DNA of 25,939 bases from a virus (taxonomy: Duplodnaviria; Caudoviricetes): positions 1 to 25,939 of the IMG/VR virus record IMGVR_UViG_3300030330_000338; one strand, 5' to 3'. Below the pieces are notes generated by a model. It was not told the DNA's origin. It saw only the letters and a list, made by a program, of their open reading frames with translations, and did no database searches. This document shows, one piece after another, positions 1-10,200 of the stretch. Position 1 is the stretch's first letter. Every line of letters begins with the position of its first letter. The translations under genes and the position numbers were made by a program.

Positions 1-2008
1 CTGTTCCATTAAATCCACTTAGACCTCTACCATGTCGCACTCTCAAAGCATCAGAAACACCAGTAGAATTTTTATGAACTGTTACAATCGGGCTAGCAGA
101 AACTTCTTTTATACTTAGTATAGAATCAGGGCTAGTATTATCAGCTCCAATTCCAATTTTTCCATCTGAGGCAATAAAAAATTGAGTTTCTCCAGCACCT
201 GCATTAAATATAGCTAATCCATCTGATAAACCACCATGAACATTTATAGCATATCTTCTAGCATCATTCTCCATTGATATACCTGCTACACCATTTGTAG
301 CACTGTTTTTTATATGTAAAATAGAATCAGGACTGGTTTCCCCAATTCCTAATTTCCCATCACTGGTAAGACGCATTCTTTCTGTATCACTTGTACCAAA
401 TCTTATTGGTATAGCATCAGCAGTTTGTATAAACATCATTGAAGATGCTACACCTATATATCCGTCTTTATCAGTATCAGTTTCGTGAAATAAAGCCATT
501 GGTTGAAGTCCAGCTACATTTATTCCGTGTGCATTACCACCGAAAGCTCCTGCATTAAATGATGTATTACCAATCAACACATTTCCTGAACTATCAATAC
601 GCATTCTTTCTGTATCGTTTGTACCAAATGTTATTGGATACGCTTGCTTGTTAGTAATAGCTAATTGATTATTAACAACACCTTGTATTCTTGCGAAAAC
701 ACCCTCACTTCCTGTAGTTTTAAAGTCTATTATTCCACCAGTTGAATCTGCTAAAGAAGCTACAACATATCCACTAAAGTTTGCAGGTGAACTATCGCCT
801 AAACCTAAATTACCATCACTAGTAATACGCATTCTTTCAGCACTACCTGCACCAAATGCTAATGTATTACTAGCAGGTGCATGAATATATACTTGGTCAG
901 AAGTATTTGTAAAACTCAATTTATTAGTGCCTCTTATTTTTGCAGCACCATCAACAACCAAAAGTTCATCTGGACTAGCTGTTCCTATACCAACACGATT
1001 ATTACTAGAGTCTACAACTAAAGTGCTTGTATCAACTGTTAAGTTGGCTGACATCTTTACATCACCGACTATATCTACGGGCACGGATGGTGAGGCAGTT
1101 CCTAGGCCTACACGAGAGTTAGAGTTATCTACAACAAAAGTGGGTGAGTCAAACGCAACGTCGTGAGATCCTACGGTCAAGGTGCCAGGCATAGTAATGT
1201 TGCCCGAAAGTTTTGCACTAGTTACAGTGCTATCGCTTGGTGTACCTATGTTTACTGGGTTTATTACATAAACTGTTACGCCCCTACCAGCTATAACGCC
1301 TGTAGTTATAGTCAAAGTGTTGTTAGAGATAGTGTAAGCGTCTTGGTCTTGAAAGACCCCATCTACAAAAACTATTAAGTTTGTTTCAGCTGCTGGGGTA
1401 TCAGATAAAGTAAAGTCTGTTTGTGGGCTACCACTTACATCTGCTGCGGTAAAAGAATCTACAGTTAAATTAGAAGACTGTAAATTAATAAGATTATCTA
1501 CTATGACCTCTAGTTTTGTGCCGTTTACAGGAGCTGCATCAAAGGTTAGTGTGTTACTACTAAAGCTGAAAGTATCGTGGTGTTGCATAACACCATCAAG
1601 GAACACCATAGCATTAGCCTCTACACCAGGGTCTATACCTATATCATAACTTGTTGCACCACCAGAAGTGGTTGCATTAAAAACTGTTTGATTTGCAGAT
1701 TTAGCGGCAATGTTTTCTTGGATTGTTTCAAGAACTCCCGCAGTAAGCCTGAGTTCAGCTGCGTCACCCGAGCTGAAAGCCCTAGCCGTAGTGCTTTCTT
1801 GAGCACGAACAATGGTCAAAGTGTTACTTGATCTTGCAGTAACCTTTACTATCTCATTATTTGTACCGTCGTCAAACGTACAGAAGAAGAACTCTCCTGC
1901 AGCTAAGCTTGGAAATACACTACCGTCTGTTACTGTAGCGCTTGTCGCACTATTTGTTAGACTAGACCCAAGCGTTGTTTTGGCATTGTTCTTAAAAACA
2001 ATTCCCAT
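1..2008 (-). CDS. Tail fibre / receptor-binding protein, partial (>=669 aa, runs off the left edge; not in ORF track)
   Basis: Manual translation: ATG at 2008 preceded by AGGAG, and the frame stays open to the window edge. N-terminus MGIVFKNNAKTTLGSSLTNSATSATVTDGSVFP...EIVKVTARSSNTLTIVRAQESTTARAFSSGDAAELRLTAG resembles podophage fibre anchor domains. It is followed by two VFxDGVxQ beta modules and repeated RVGIGTASP / ERMRIxSxGNxxIG fibre repeats. Confidence 0.9.
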   Translation of the reverse strand, partial: MGIVFKNNAKTTLGSSLTNSATSATVTDGSVFPSLAAGEFFFCTFDDGTNNEIVKVTARSSNTLTIVRAQESTTARAFSSGDAAELRLTAGVLETIQENIAAKSANQTVFNATTSGGATSYDIGIDPGVEANAMVFLDGVMQHHDTFSFSSNTLTFDAAPVNGTKLEVIVDNLINLQSSNLTVDSFTAADVSGSPQTDFTLSDTPAAETNLIVFVDGVFQDQDAYTISNNTLTITTGVIAGRGVTVYVINPVNIGTPSDSTVTSAKLSGNITMPGTLTVGSHDVAFDSPTFVVDNSNSRVGLGTASPSVPVDIVGDVKMSANLTVDTSTLVVDSSNNRVGIGTASPDELLVVDGAAKIRGTNKLSFTNTSDQVYIHAPASNTLAFGAGSAERMRITSDGNLGLGDSSPANFSGYVVASLADSTGGIIDFKTTGSEGVFARIQGVVNNQLAITNKQAYPITFGTNDTERMRIDSSGNVLIGNTSFNAGAFGGNAHGINVAGLQPMALFHETDTDKDGYIGVASSMMFIQTADAIPIRFGTSDTERMRLTSDGKLGIGETSPDSILHIKNSATNGVAGISMENDARRYAINVHGGLSDGLAIFNAGAGETQFFIASDGKIGIGADNTSPDSILSIKEVSASPIVTVHKNSTGVSDALRVRHGRGLSGFNGT
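371..838. repeat. Three dispersed direct repeats at exact 228-nt spacing within the tail fibre gene (ERMR motif)
   Basis: acgcattctttc starts at 371, 599 and 827. Segments 371-409 and 599-637 are 36/39 identical. Confidence 0.85.
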
Positions 2009-2029
2009 AAGTAACGTCTCCTATCTATG

Positions 2030-2455
2030 TTAGCTAACTGTTACTGTCCAGGTAATTGTCATTGAGTCATTAGCTCCTTTGTTAACAACAGAAAATACGG
2101 TTCTACAAAGCATAGTACCACTAGAAGAAGCGTTAAATAACCCCGCTTCTGTAACAGCACCTGTACCAGTACCAGCAGCAAAAGTTGCTACATAAGTTAC
2201 AACAGCACCAGATACACTAGTACTTGTTAGAGATACCCTACCAAGCTGAGTGCCTAATGCAGTTTGTGAAGCTGCTGCCGCAGTTGACCCACTACCAATC
2301 GCCATGTGTGACATAGCAGTTGCAGAAGCGTCTTTCATACGGGAAGCAACATACCCTTTTCCAGCTGTAACAACTAAGTTATCGACTTCTTGTACAGTCT
2401 CACCATTTAAGGCTATCTGTAATTTACCCTTTAGTTTTAAGTCGTCATTAATCAT
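2030..2455 (-). CDS. Tail-associated protein, stand-alone tail-collar/fibre N-terminal-like domain (141 aa)
   Basis: GGAG SD upstream. Motifs NLVVTAG, MAIGSG..TAL, VTEAGLFN...GTML resemble DUF3751/tail-collar-type domains. Lies among tail genes. Confidence 0.65.
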   Translation of the reverse strand: MINDDLKLKGKLQIALNGETVQEVDNLVVTAGKGYVASRMKDASATAMSHMAIGSGSTAAAASQTALGTQLGRVSLTSTSVSGAVVTYVATFAAGTGTGAVTEAGLFNASSSGTMLCRTVFSVVNKGANDSMTITWTVTVS

Positions 2456-2467
2456 ATTAGCTCCATT

Positions 2468-3835
2468 TTAATTTAAAACACTAGTATTTAAGCCAGCTGT
2501 ATTCAGCACGCTTCCGCCACCGGAAACAAACAGAATTTGAACTGACTCAGTTATTGTAGCACTATCTGTAAAAGATGTGTCAAAAGATAAACCCAAACTT
2601 TCTGAGAGGCTGGGTGTATCAGCAAAGGGATCTACAGGCCCTATTGCTAAACTTGGTGAGTCTGAAAGGCTAAAAGTATCTGCAAAAGCCGAATTTTCGC
2701 CTACAAAATTAAAAGAAAGGCTTTCTGATATAGAAATCGTGTCTGTTATGGCAGGCTTGGTTATAGAAAACACGGGAACATCTGTTACACTAAACACGTT
2801 ACTTTTATTTAAACCTGATTCAGTAGCTAAATTATCTTCTGCACTAGCTAAATCATCTAAAGCATAAGCATCTGTAAAAGTTCTTTGATAAGCAACAGCC
2901 CTAGCTAGGCTTTCTGCTATAGTAGGAGTGTCAGAAAGCGGTCTTTCAAAGCTTTTTGCTGGTACATCTAACATCAACATATCCCCAGCAGCTCCTATAT
3001 TAGCTTGCCCACCCATGCCAGAGTGATTCGTGCAATAGTAATATAACGTACTAGGTGTAGACCCAGTTACTTGTATGCGTGTGTACGCACCCGAAGATCC
3101 TGGAGTGCCGTTTGTGGTAACATTAGTTGTATAAGCAGAGCCCCCGCTATGTGTACCATTAGAGGTAGTAGACAACCGGAGTGGGTGATTATTATTACTA
3201 GAATCAGATTGGTCAAACGTGTAAGTAGCACCTACTTTAAGATTTACAGTAGCTTGTTGTGTGCCATCTATAACATACTTATTACCACTTCCGGTACTGA
3301 CTACAGTTACCGTAAATGTTTGATCTGTAGCGCTTGCGTCGTCAACAGCTTTACCCACATCTTTTGCATCAGACTCAGATATAGTCGTGGTATCAGCTTT
3401 ACTTAGCCCTACAGACAGAACTTCAGAATCACTAAAACCGTAACTATCGGCAAGATCTCTAAAATATTGTACTGTTCTATTAAGTTCTTCAGTTACCGAG
3501 GCAGTATCTGCAAGTGCTTTGTCTAACGCTTTAGCTAATTCTTCACTGACTATTGGCGTGTCGCTTGCAGCTTTGCCAAAGTCGAATACGTCCGAATCAG
3601 TAAAACCAAAAGATTCTGCGTTAGGTGAGTTGTATTGGGTGCTAAAGTAAAGGTTTTTGGTGTCTGCATCTATAAAGACGTCTGCAGCAGTAAGTTGTTG
3701 AAATGCAACGATTTGTTGCATGTCGATAAATTGTACTGTAGTTTTTAGGTGCTCAAATAAGTTTACAGCTTCTGTAGAATCTGTCTGTATTACCAGCTTT
3801 ATTTGCTGGTAGTCTACTGTAAACTTGAATGCCAT
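2468..3835 (-). CDS. Acidic Ser/Thr/Asp-rich repetitive virion/tail protein with inserted cupredoxin-like domain (455 aa)
   Basis: Repeated ~19-20 aa units (e.g. ASDTPIVSEEL, LADTASVTEEL, LSDTPTIAESL, FADTPSLSESL) flank a domain at about aa 173-276 with HP...LYYYCTNHSGMGG. Start overlaps the upstream stop (TAATG). Confidence 0.7.
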   Translation of the reverse strand: MAFKFTVDYQQIKLVIQTDSTEAVNLFEHLKTTVQFIDMQQIVAFQQLTAADVFIDADTKNLYFSTQYNSPNAESFGFTDSDVFDFGKAASDTPIVSEELAKALDKALADTASVTEELNRTVQYFRDLADSYGFSDSEVLSVGLSKADTTTISESDAKDVGKAVDDASATDQTFTVTVVSTGSGNKYVIDGTQQATVNLKVGATYTFDQSDSSNNNHPLRLSTTSNGTHSGGSAYTTNVTTNGTPGSSGAYTRIQVTGSTPSTLYYYCTNHSGMGGQANIGAAGDMLMLDVPAKSFERPLSDTPTIAESLARAVAYQRTFTDAYALDDLASAEDNLATESGLNKSNVFSVTDVPVFSITKPAITDTISISESLSFNFVGENSAFADTFSLSDSPSLAIGPVDPFADTPSLSESLGLSFDTSFTDSATITESVQILFVSGGGSVLNTAGLNTSVLN

Positions 3836-4209
3836 TAATCAAAGTCGTCACGTACTTTAAATTTTATTAGATCTTGTACTGTTTGTATGTTTCCGTCTGA
3901 CTTTGTAAATTCAATTTCTCCTTCAAAAGTACCTGCAGTTGTCCATGTTCCTGATGGAAATATTAAAATACAAGTGCCTGCACTAGGAGCAGAAAGTGTA
4001 GCTGTAATAGTAGATAACACAGTTGTTTTTCCTACTTCTCTTATTCTTAACTTTACAGCACCACCAGTTAAGTTTACTGCAGCCCAAGTCGTGCTATCTT
4101 CTGGATCTAATGTTTTTCCAGAGGCAGCAGTATTGCTGTCTTTCAAGTTAAAAGTAAGTTCAGGGAGTGTATCTCCTACTACTAATTTTATTGTGTCTGA
4201 ATATGCCAT
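3835..4209 (-). CDS. BppU-N-like (Ig-fold) tail/fibre attachment protein (124 aa)
   Basis: Pattern IKLVVGDTLP..FNLKD...VNLTG..VKLRIR...AGTFEGEIEF...G.IQTV...FKVR is typical of BppU N-terminal-like phage proteins. First gene of the tail cluster. Confidence 0.6.
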   Translation of the reverse strand: MAYSDTIKLVVGDTLPELTFNLKDSNTAASGKTLDPEDSTTWAAVNLTGGAVKLRIREVGKTTVLSTITATLSAPSAGTCILIFPSGTWTTAGTFEGEIEFTKSDGNIQTVQDLIKFKVRDDFD

Positions 4210-4217
4210 AATTAATT

Positions 4218-7200
4218 TTACCTTCCTAATGCTCTAGTGTCGAGTTGACTATATATTGGCATAAAGTCAGCAGCACGCCAATCCCAAGTAACACCATCAT
4301 AAAGTCTTTCTGCTGTAGGTCCTAAAGGTGGTACCCAAAAAGGTTTTCCATATCTATGGCTCTCTAAAAATATAGGCATAGCTAAGGATGCTGGGCCTAA
4401 CATACCACTTCTGTCTAAAACTTCTGTCCAATATTGCCCTGGTGTCATACTATCGGTTCTATAATAATCTACTCCTGGGTCATCCGGTGATATACCGGGT
4501 AGTGCCCAAGCTAAACTAACTTTAAAACGTTCTCTTATTTCCCAACCTAACATAGTTATAGGTATTAACATACCTGCCATTATTACCATAGGCATAATAG
4601 CTGCTCCTGCATTTTTTCCTTCTACAAAGTTACGATGTGTTTCTTTTAAAGTTGGGAACACTATTGTTTTACCATATGCATAAAAGAAAGATTTAAGTTG
4701 CCATACTAAAGCCCATCTAGGATCGTTTGCATAGGTAGGTCTTTGTGCAGGATTCGGTCTAACAATAGATTCATCTACAAATTGTATTAAGGCTTCATTA
4801 ACACTTTGTAATTGTGCTTCTGTAGCTTTACCTTTTTCCCAAGCTAAAATTTCATCTGCAGTTACATTTAGTTCTCGCAAATACCCTATAGAAGTTTGAT
4901 CTCCAGTTTTTGCTTTTTGTGCATGGTTACTTAAAAATTTTTGTGCCATACCAGTAGCAAACACCCTAGTAAATCTAGTATAAGCTTCTAAACCAGTTAC
5001 TCTAAACCACCAATCTGCAATATTTTTTGAAGTATTATTTATAAAGTCTGTTTCTCCTGCAAAAATAAAGAAACTAGACATTGCATCTGTTCCTATTGCG
5101 CCTATATCTCTCGCTATATCAGCCGCTTCTGTAGGGTTTTTTATCATATCTTTTACAACATCAGCTATATCAGTAACTTTATTAGTGCCTCTAGACCTAA
5201 GAATAGGCCCAGCTGTATCTTGTAGAGAAGCGATTACAGTCATACCCAGTAAAGTAACTATATTTAAAACCAACCCAACGTTATTAGCAGCTTTTAAAAA
5301 TCCGTTTGTTATAGGAGGGATTTTACCAAACATGGAGTCTATTATTTTTCTTGCTTCTTCTTGTTCAGCTTCTGTTAAAGTACTAAGTAATTTGTTTAGT
5401 TCTTGTGTGCCACCTTTTCTTTCAAACTCAATCTTAAGAGCTAATTTATCCATATATTTTTTTATGGACACTTCAGGCTCGTCCATAAGATTACGGTCCA
5501 TAAACTCATCGTTAGGTATTTGTTTAAATAGTTTTTTCCTTTTTTGCATCACCCCAACTTCTATTTCATCTTGCGCAGTAAATTCTATATCTCCATTACC
5601 TTTACGCACTAGTTCTGCAATAGCGTTATCAATTTCTGATATTGGTTCATTAGGGTTATATTCAATTAACAACGCTCTTAAAGCAGCTTGTTTTTGTGCA
5701 TCCCCCGCAATTTCATGAATAGCTATGACACGGGGAAAGAAGTTTTTCCTTTTATCTACGCCATATTGTTTTAAATTAAGCTCGTTATATAGTTTTTCTA
5801 AATACAGTCTTACTTGTTTTGCTTTAGGGCTTAACTGTGCTGTAGGTGTTTTTTCTCTAGCCGCTTCATTTAAAATAGTTCTTTGTTCTTCAGTAAACCT
5901 AGAGTAGAAAAACCCGTCTTTTACTCCAAGTATTCTTGCTATGTCTGTTAAATATCTTTGAGCTCTAGCATTTTTTAAAGTAAACAAACCTGCTGTACCA
6001 CTAGCACTTTTTGTTCTTGGGTCTAGTTGGAAGAAGTCTGCTAATTGCTCACTAAAGTGTCTAAGTCTAGTATCTGCAGTCAACAATATTTGACGTAACC
6101 ATTTTGGCATGTTTTTACCAGAAAATATTTTTCGTACCTGTTGTAAAGCTTTAGTTAATTGTTTGTCCGTAAACGTTTGAGGCCCAAGAACAGACTCTAT
6201 ATTGTTTTCTATTTTAGCTTTCACTTGCCAAGGTATCCTGTTATGGACTTTGTTACCATCTCTTATATCGGTTACGACTTGTTCTATATAAGATTGTGCA
6301 GTTTCATTAGATTGATACCTAAATCTTTGTTGAGGGGTTATAGTGTTGTATAAAGCTATTAAGTTTTTAATTAATCTTTTAAACCATCCTTTTGTAGCAC
6401 CATTCATACTTTCATAATTTTTTAGTGTAGTGTTTGTGTCGCCTATTGGTACTTTTAATTCTTTTTTCAATGCTATAGAAAATTGATCTGCCATCCAATT
6501 GTTAAAGCCACGTTCATCATCAGTGTAAATGTCTGGAGAATTTTTGTCTTTTCGTACTTTGTTATATTCTTTTAATAGTGCTTTTCTTGTAGCTCCTACT
6601 TTTAAAGAAAAATCTAACTCTTGGAATATAAAAGAATTACCAAGTTCTTTTAATAAGGCATCAAAATATTGCCCATCAGTTAACTTTGTACTACCTTTGA
6701 TTAATATTACATCTTTACTAGAATATTTAATTGTAATTGCGTCTTTAAATGGGTCAATTAATAACTTTCTTCTCATATCGTTAAAAGTCGTTTCATCTAT
6801 ATTTAACTTCTCAAAATTAATAGGCCCAGATAATTCTGGTTCTGCATCTAAAATTACAAGATTAGTAGATAACCCTAATTTTCTAGCAGCAGCTATTATG
6901 TTATTTGTAATTTGTTTTCTAAAAGCTCTTTTTGCTCTTGTGGGAACATTTCTTATTAAGTTCCCTGGATCCATTAAAGCTACTAATTCATAAATATTGT
7001 TAAGTGTTTGTCTTCCATATTTAATATATTCATCTTTACTAGGTTTTCCATCTTTCTTTTTATCTGGGTATCTAACTTTAGGTCTATTCCTATCCCCAAG
7101 TATTTTGTCTTGTTCTTGTAAAAAAGGATTTGCCTCCTCAGCAAAAGTTCTACCTTCATCTCTAAGTACTGGGTCTTCACTTGCTCTTCTTGAGACAAGC

Positions 7201-10200
7201 TCTGGATCCCCTACCTCTAAACTAGATACAAATTCGCCAGTATCAGATCTAAAATCTCCCTTATCCATTTGCCTAGCTTCTTCTTTAACAGCTAATCTAT
7301 CACCAAAAAACCCTATTTCTCTGCTATATAAAACACTATTAACATCGTTTTGTTTTACTCGTTCTCTTACCGCCTGTTTATCTATAGCATTTCTAATAGA
7401 TATAGCTGCTCGTAATATAGAATGGGCTTGCGAGTTTGTTGACCTTAAAAACCTACTAAAAACTTTTGCTCTTTTGTCCTCTGCTTCACTAATTCCTTGT
7501 TCTTGATCTCTTTTAAACCTAAGATCGCTACGGGGAGAACTTAAAAGTTGTGTTTCTTGCAGTCTTCTTGGTGCAAATTTAAAATCTACAAAACTTTCTA
7601 ATATGTCTATAAACTCTTCTAATTCTGAGTATTTCATTTCAGCAAAACTTTCTGGAAGACCCTCTTCAAAACCATTTTTTTCTAAAAAAGGTTTAAGAGT
7701 ATTTTCAAAAAAATCTTCGCCCTTAACTGAAAAATCTTTTCTACGTACATCTGGTACTAATTTACCTAACGGGGTCTCAAGACCAATAAATTTATTTCTG
7801 TTATCTATTAAAGCATTAGCAGAGCCAGATGTTCCAAAAGCTTTATTAAGTTGGGCTTTAGAAAAATTTTCTATGTTAGTTCTTAAAACACCAGAGTTTG
7901 GGTCGTCCATTATTTCTGTTATCGCTTTACCTAAATCACGTTGTCCTACAACTACAGTCTTATCTGGTAAAAGATAAGTATTAAAGTTTTTTCTAGGGTC
8001 TCGTGAACCGGCTAAAATCAAACCACCTTGGTTCTTGTCAATATCTACTGCACTTCTTTCTGTAAGCGTGTCAGGATCTGCTAGCTCTTGTTCTGATAAG
8101 ACCGGAAAGTATTGGACTAATATATTATTTTCTGTTGCGTACTTTATAAAATCAAGAAGAGCAGATACTCTTTGAGCTTCTCCGTCTTCTAACTCATTAA
8201 AATCTCTAATACCTTTTTCTTTTGCAATGGTAGTAAACCCTTCTAATATAACTGAAATATCTACCACACCACCTGGCCTTTTAGATGGTACGTCTGGCAT
8301 TCTAACTTTAAATCTATCTTTCTTTTCTACTTTAACAAGGAGCGGTTTATTTTTGTATCTGTTTTTTGCTTGTTGCACTAAAACCCTTACATCATTACCT
8401 ATATCTCTAAATCTACTAGGACTAGTCCCTAAAAACTGCAAAGCTTGCTCTTGTTCGGGGCCGAACTCAACTAATACATACTTTCTATTAGGTTTTATAG
8501 GTGTTTTAGGTTTTTCTTGTACCTCTCTGTATTGTTCTAAAGTAATTCCTAGTTCAGCAGCTTTTTTTAAATCAGGTATATTAGCGGTGTCTACTATTCC
8601 TATAAAACCTGTCCCCTGTGTATTGTCCTGCAAGGTTTTTTGCCTAGCAAGAAAATTTTCTATTAAGCCTTTAGAATAGAATTTACTTGATTTATTAAAA
8701 GTAGCTAAAAAGTTTTCATTTATAACAGCCTTAGCTGCGTCTAAATCTTTCTGTTCTGCTTTTTTATCTTTTTCTCTTATTCTCCAACCTATACTTTCCT
8801 CGTGTGCTTTTAATTCTTCATTATATTTTTTCACCAGTTTTTTATTTTTTCTTTGTGCTGGAGATAAAGGTTTTGGTTTTGGTTTAAATATCTCTGTGTC
8901 TAAATAAGGGTTTTGAATTGTGCCTGTTTGTCCTTTTAAAACAGGTTCGTCTTGTACTGCTGTTTCTCCTGGTCTTACCTTTGCTCTAGTTTCTGCACTT
9001 CTTGCTTTATATTCTTCTAAAGCAGCGTCAAATTGTTCTTTATTCTCAAACTGGTCTTTTCTTGGTTTATCTATGACTGAAGTTCTTAAAATTTCAGCTT
9101 TTGGAACCATTTTAAATTTCTTTGGGTCTTGAGTTTGCCCAGCTAAACTATCTTCTATAGAATCTCTAGCACTAACGGGGGCTGCACTTTCTATAATTTC
9201 TGCAATATTGGTAAGCACTTCGGCAGAAGTTCCTACAGAGTCTGCCTTCATGTTTTCTAACATTTGTGTTTGCGCCGAGTTTAATACTTGGTTTTGAGGT
9301 TTTTCTATTAATTTTGATAGAATTTTAGTGTAACTTGCATTTTCTTCTTTTGTTAAAACTTCACTTCTTATTTTTTGTATTTCTTTACCAGTAGGTTTAA
9401 AAATTTTATCTAAGTCTTGAAGTTGTATTTTTTTACCTTTTGCTTCATTTATGTTAGCTTGTCGTGCAGCATTAGCTATTTTGTTGTTTGCTCTCGTAAA
9501 TTCTATTAGTTCTCTGTAAGTAATATTTAAACCTATTTCTTTTAAATACTGATCAAGGCCTTGTTCTTGCAACTGTTCGTCTTTAGTCTGACCTAATTTT
9601 CCTTCTCCAAGAATTCTACCTTCTAATATTTCTAATGCAGTTAATGCTCTTTCTATTGGGTCAATTCCTTCAGAGGCAGCCCTTTCTGTCCCCCCTTCCA
9701 TTTCAACATCACTTAAATCCTCATCTTCCGCTGTTTTTTGGTTTTCATCTCTTTGTTGAAAAGCAAACATTTGGGGGCCTTCGGTTTCTCTATCAAATCC
9801 TGTAGTTTCTCTTATGTTTAAACCTTTTTTTCTGTATTCTAAATGTTCGGCTAAATTTTGTGTAATGACTTCATACCTTTGAGGATCTAACTTTCCTTTA
9901 ATAAACTCCATTACAGCTTCAGCATTTTCAACTCCTGTTTTACCATTTTCCTCTGGAGTGATAGATTCTGCTGATTGGTAATGCACTAGTTCTCCAGTTT
10001 CTTTGTCTAAAAGTCCTACCACTGCATCATCCCCTGGTTTTCTACCTCTAGAATATATTAAACCTTCTGACGCTAACCAGTTTTCTCTCATATCTGTGTT
10101 AAAAGGATCAGCGTCCATCATGTTTGCAAGAGATTCTGCTTTTTGAGGGTTAGTTGTAAAGTAAGCCCCAGTAGGAGTAGCTACAGTATATAAATTTCTG

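Noticed and set aside
371-838. Tail fibre repeats as a DGR template/variable repeat pair or CRISPR array
   Set aside because: The repeats are short, in frame and 228 nt apart, mismatches are not adenine-specific, and no reverse transcriptase or cas gene is present in the window.
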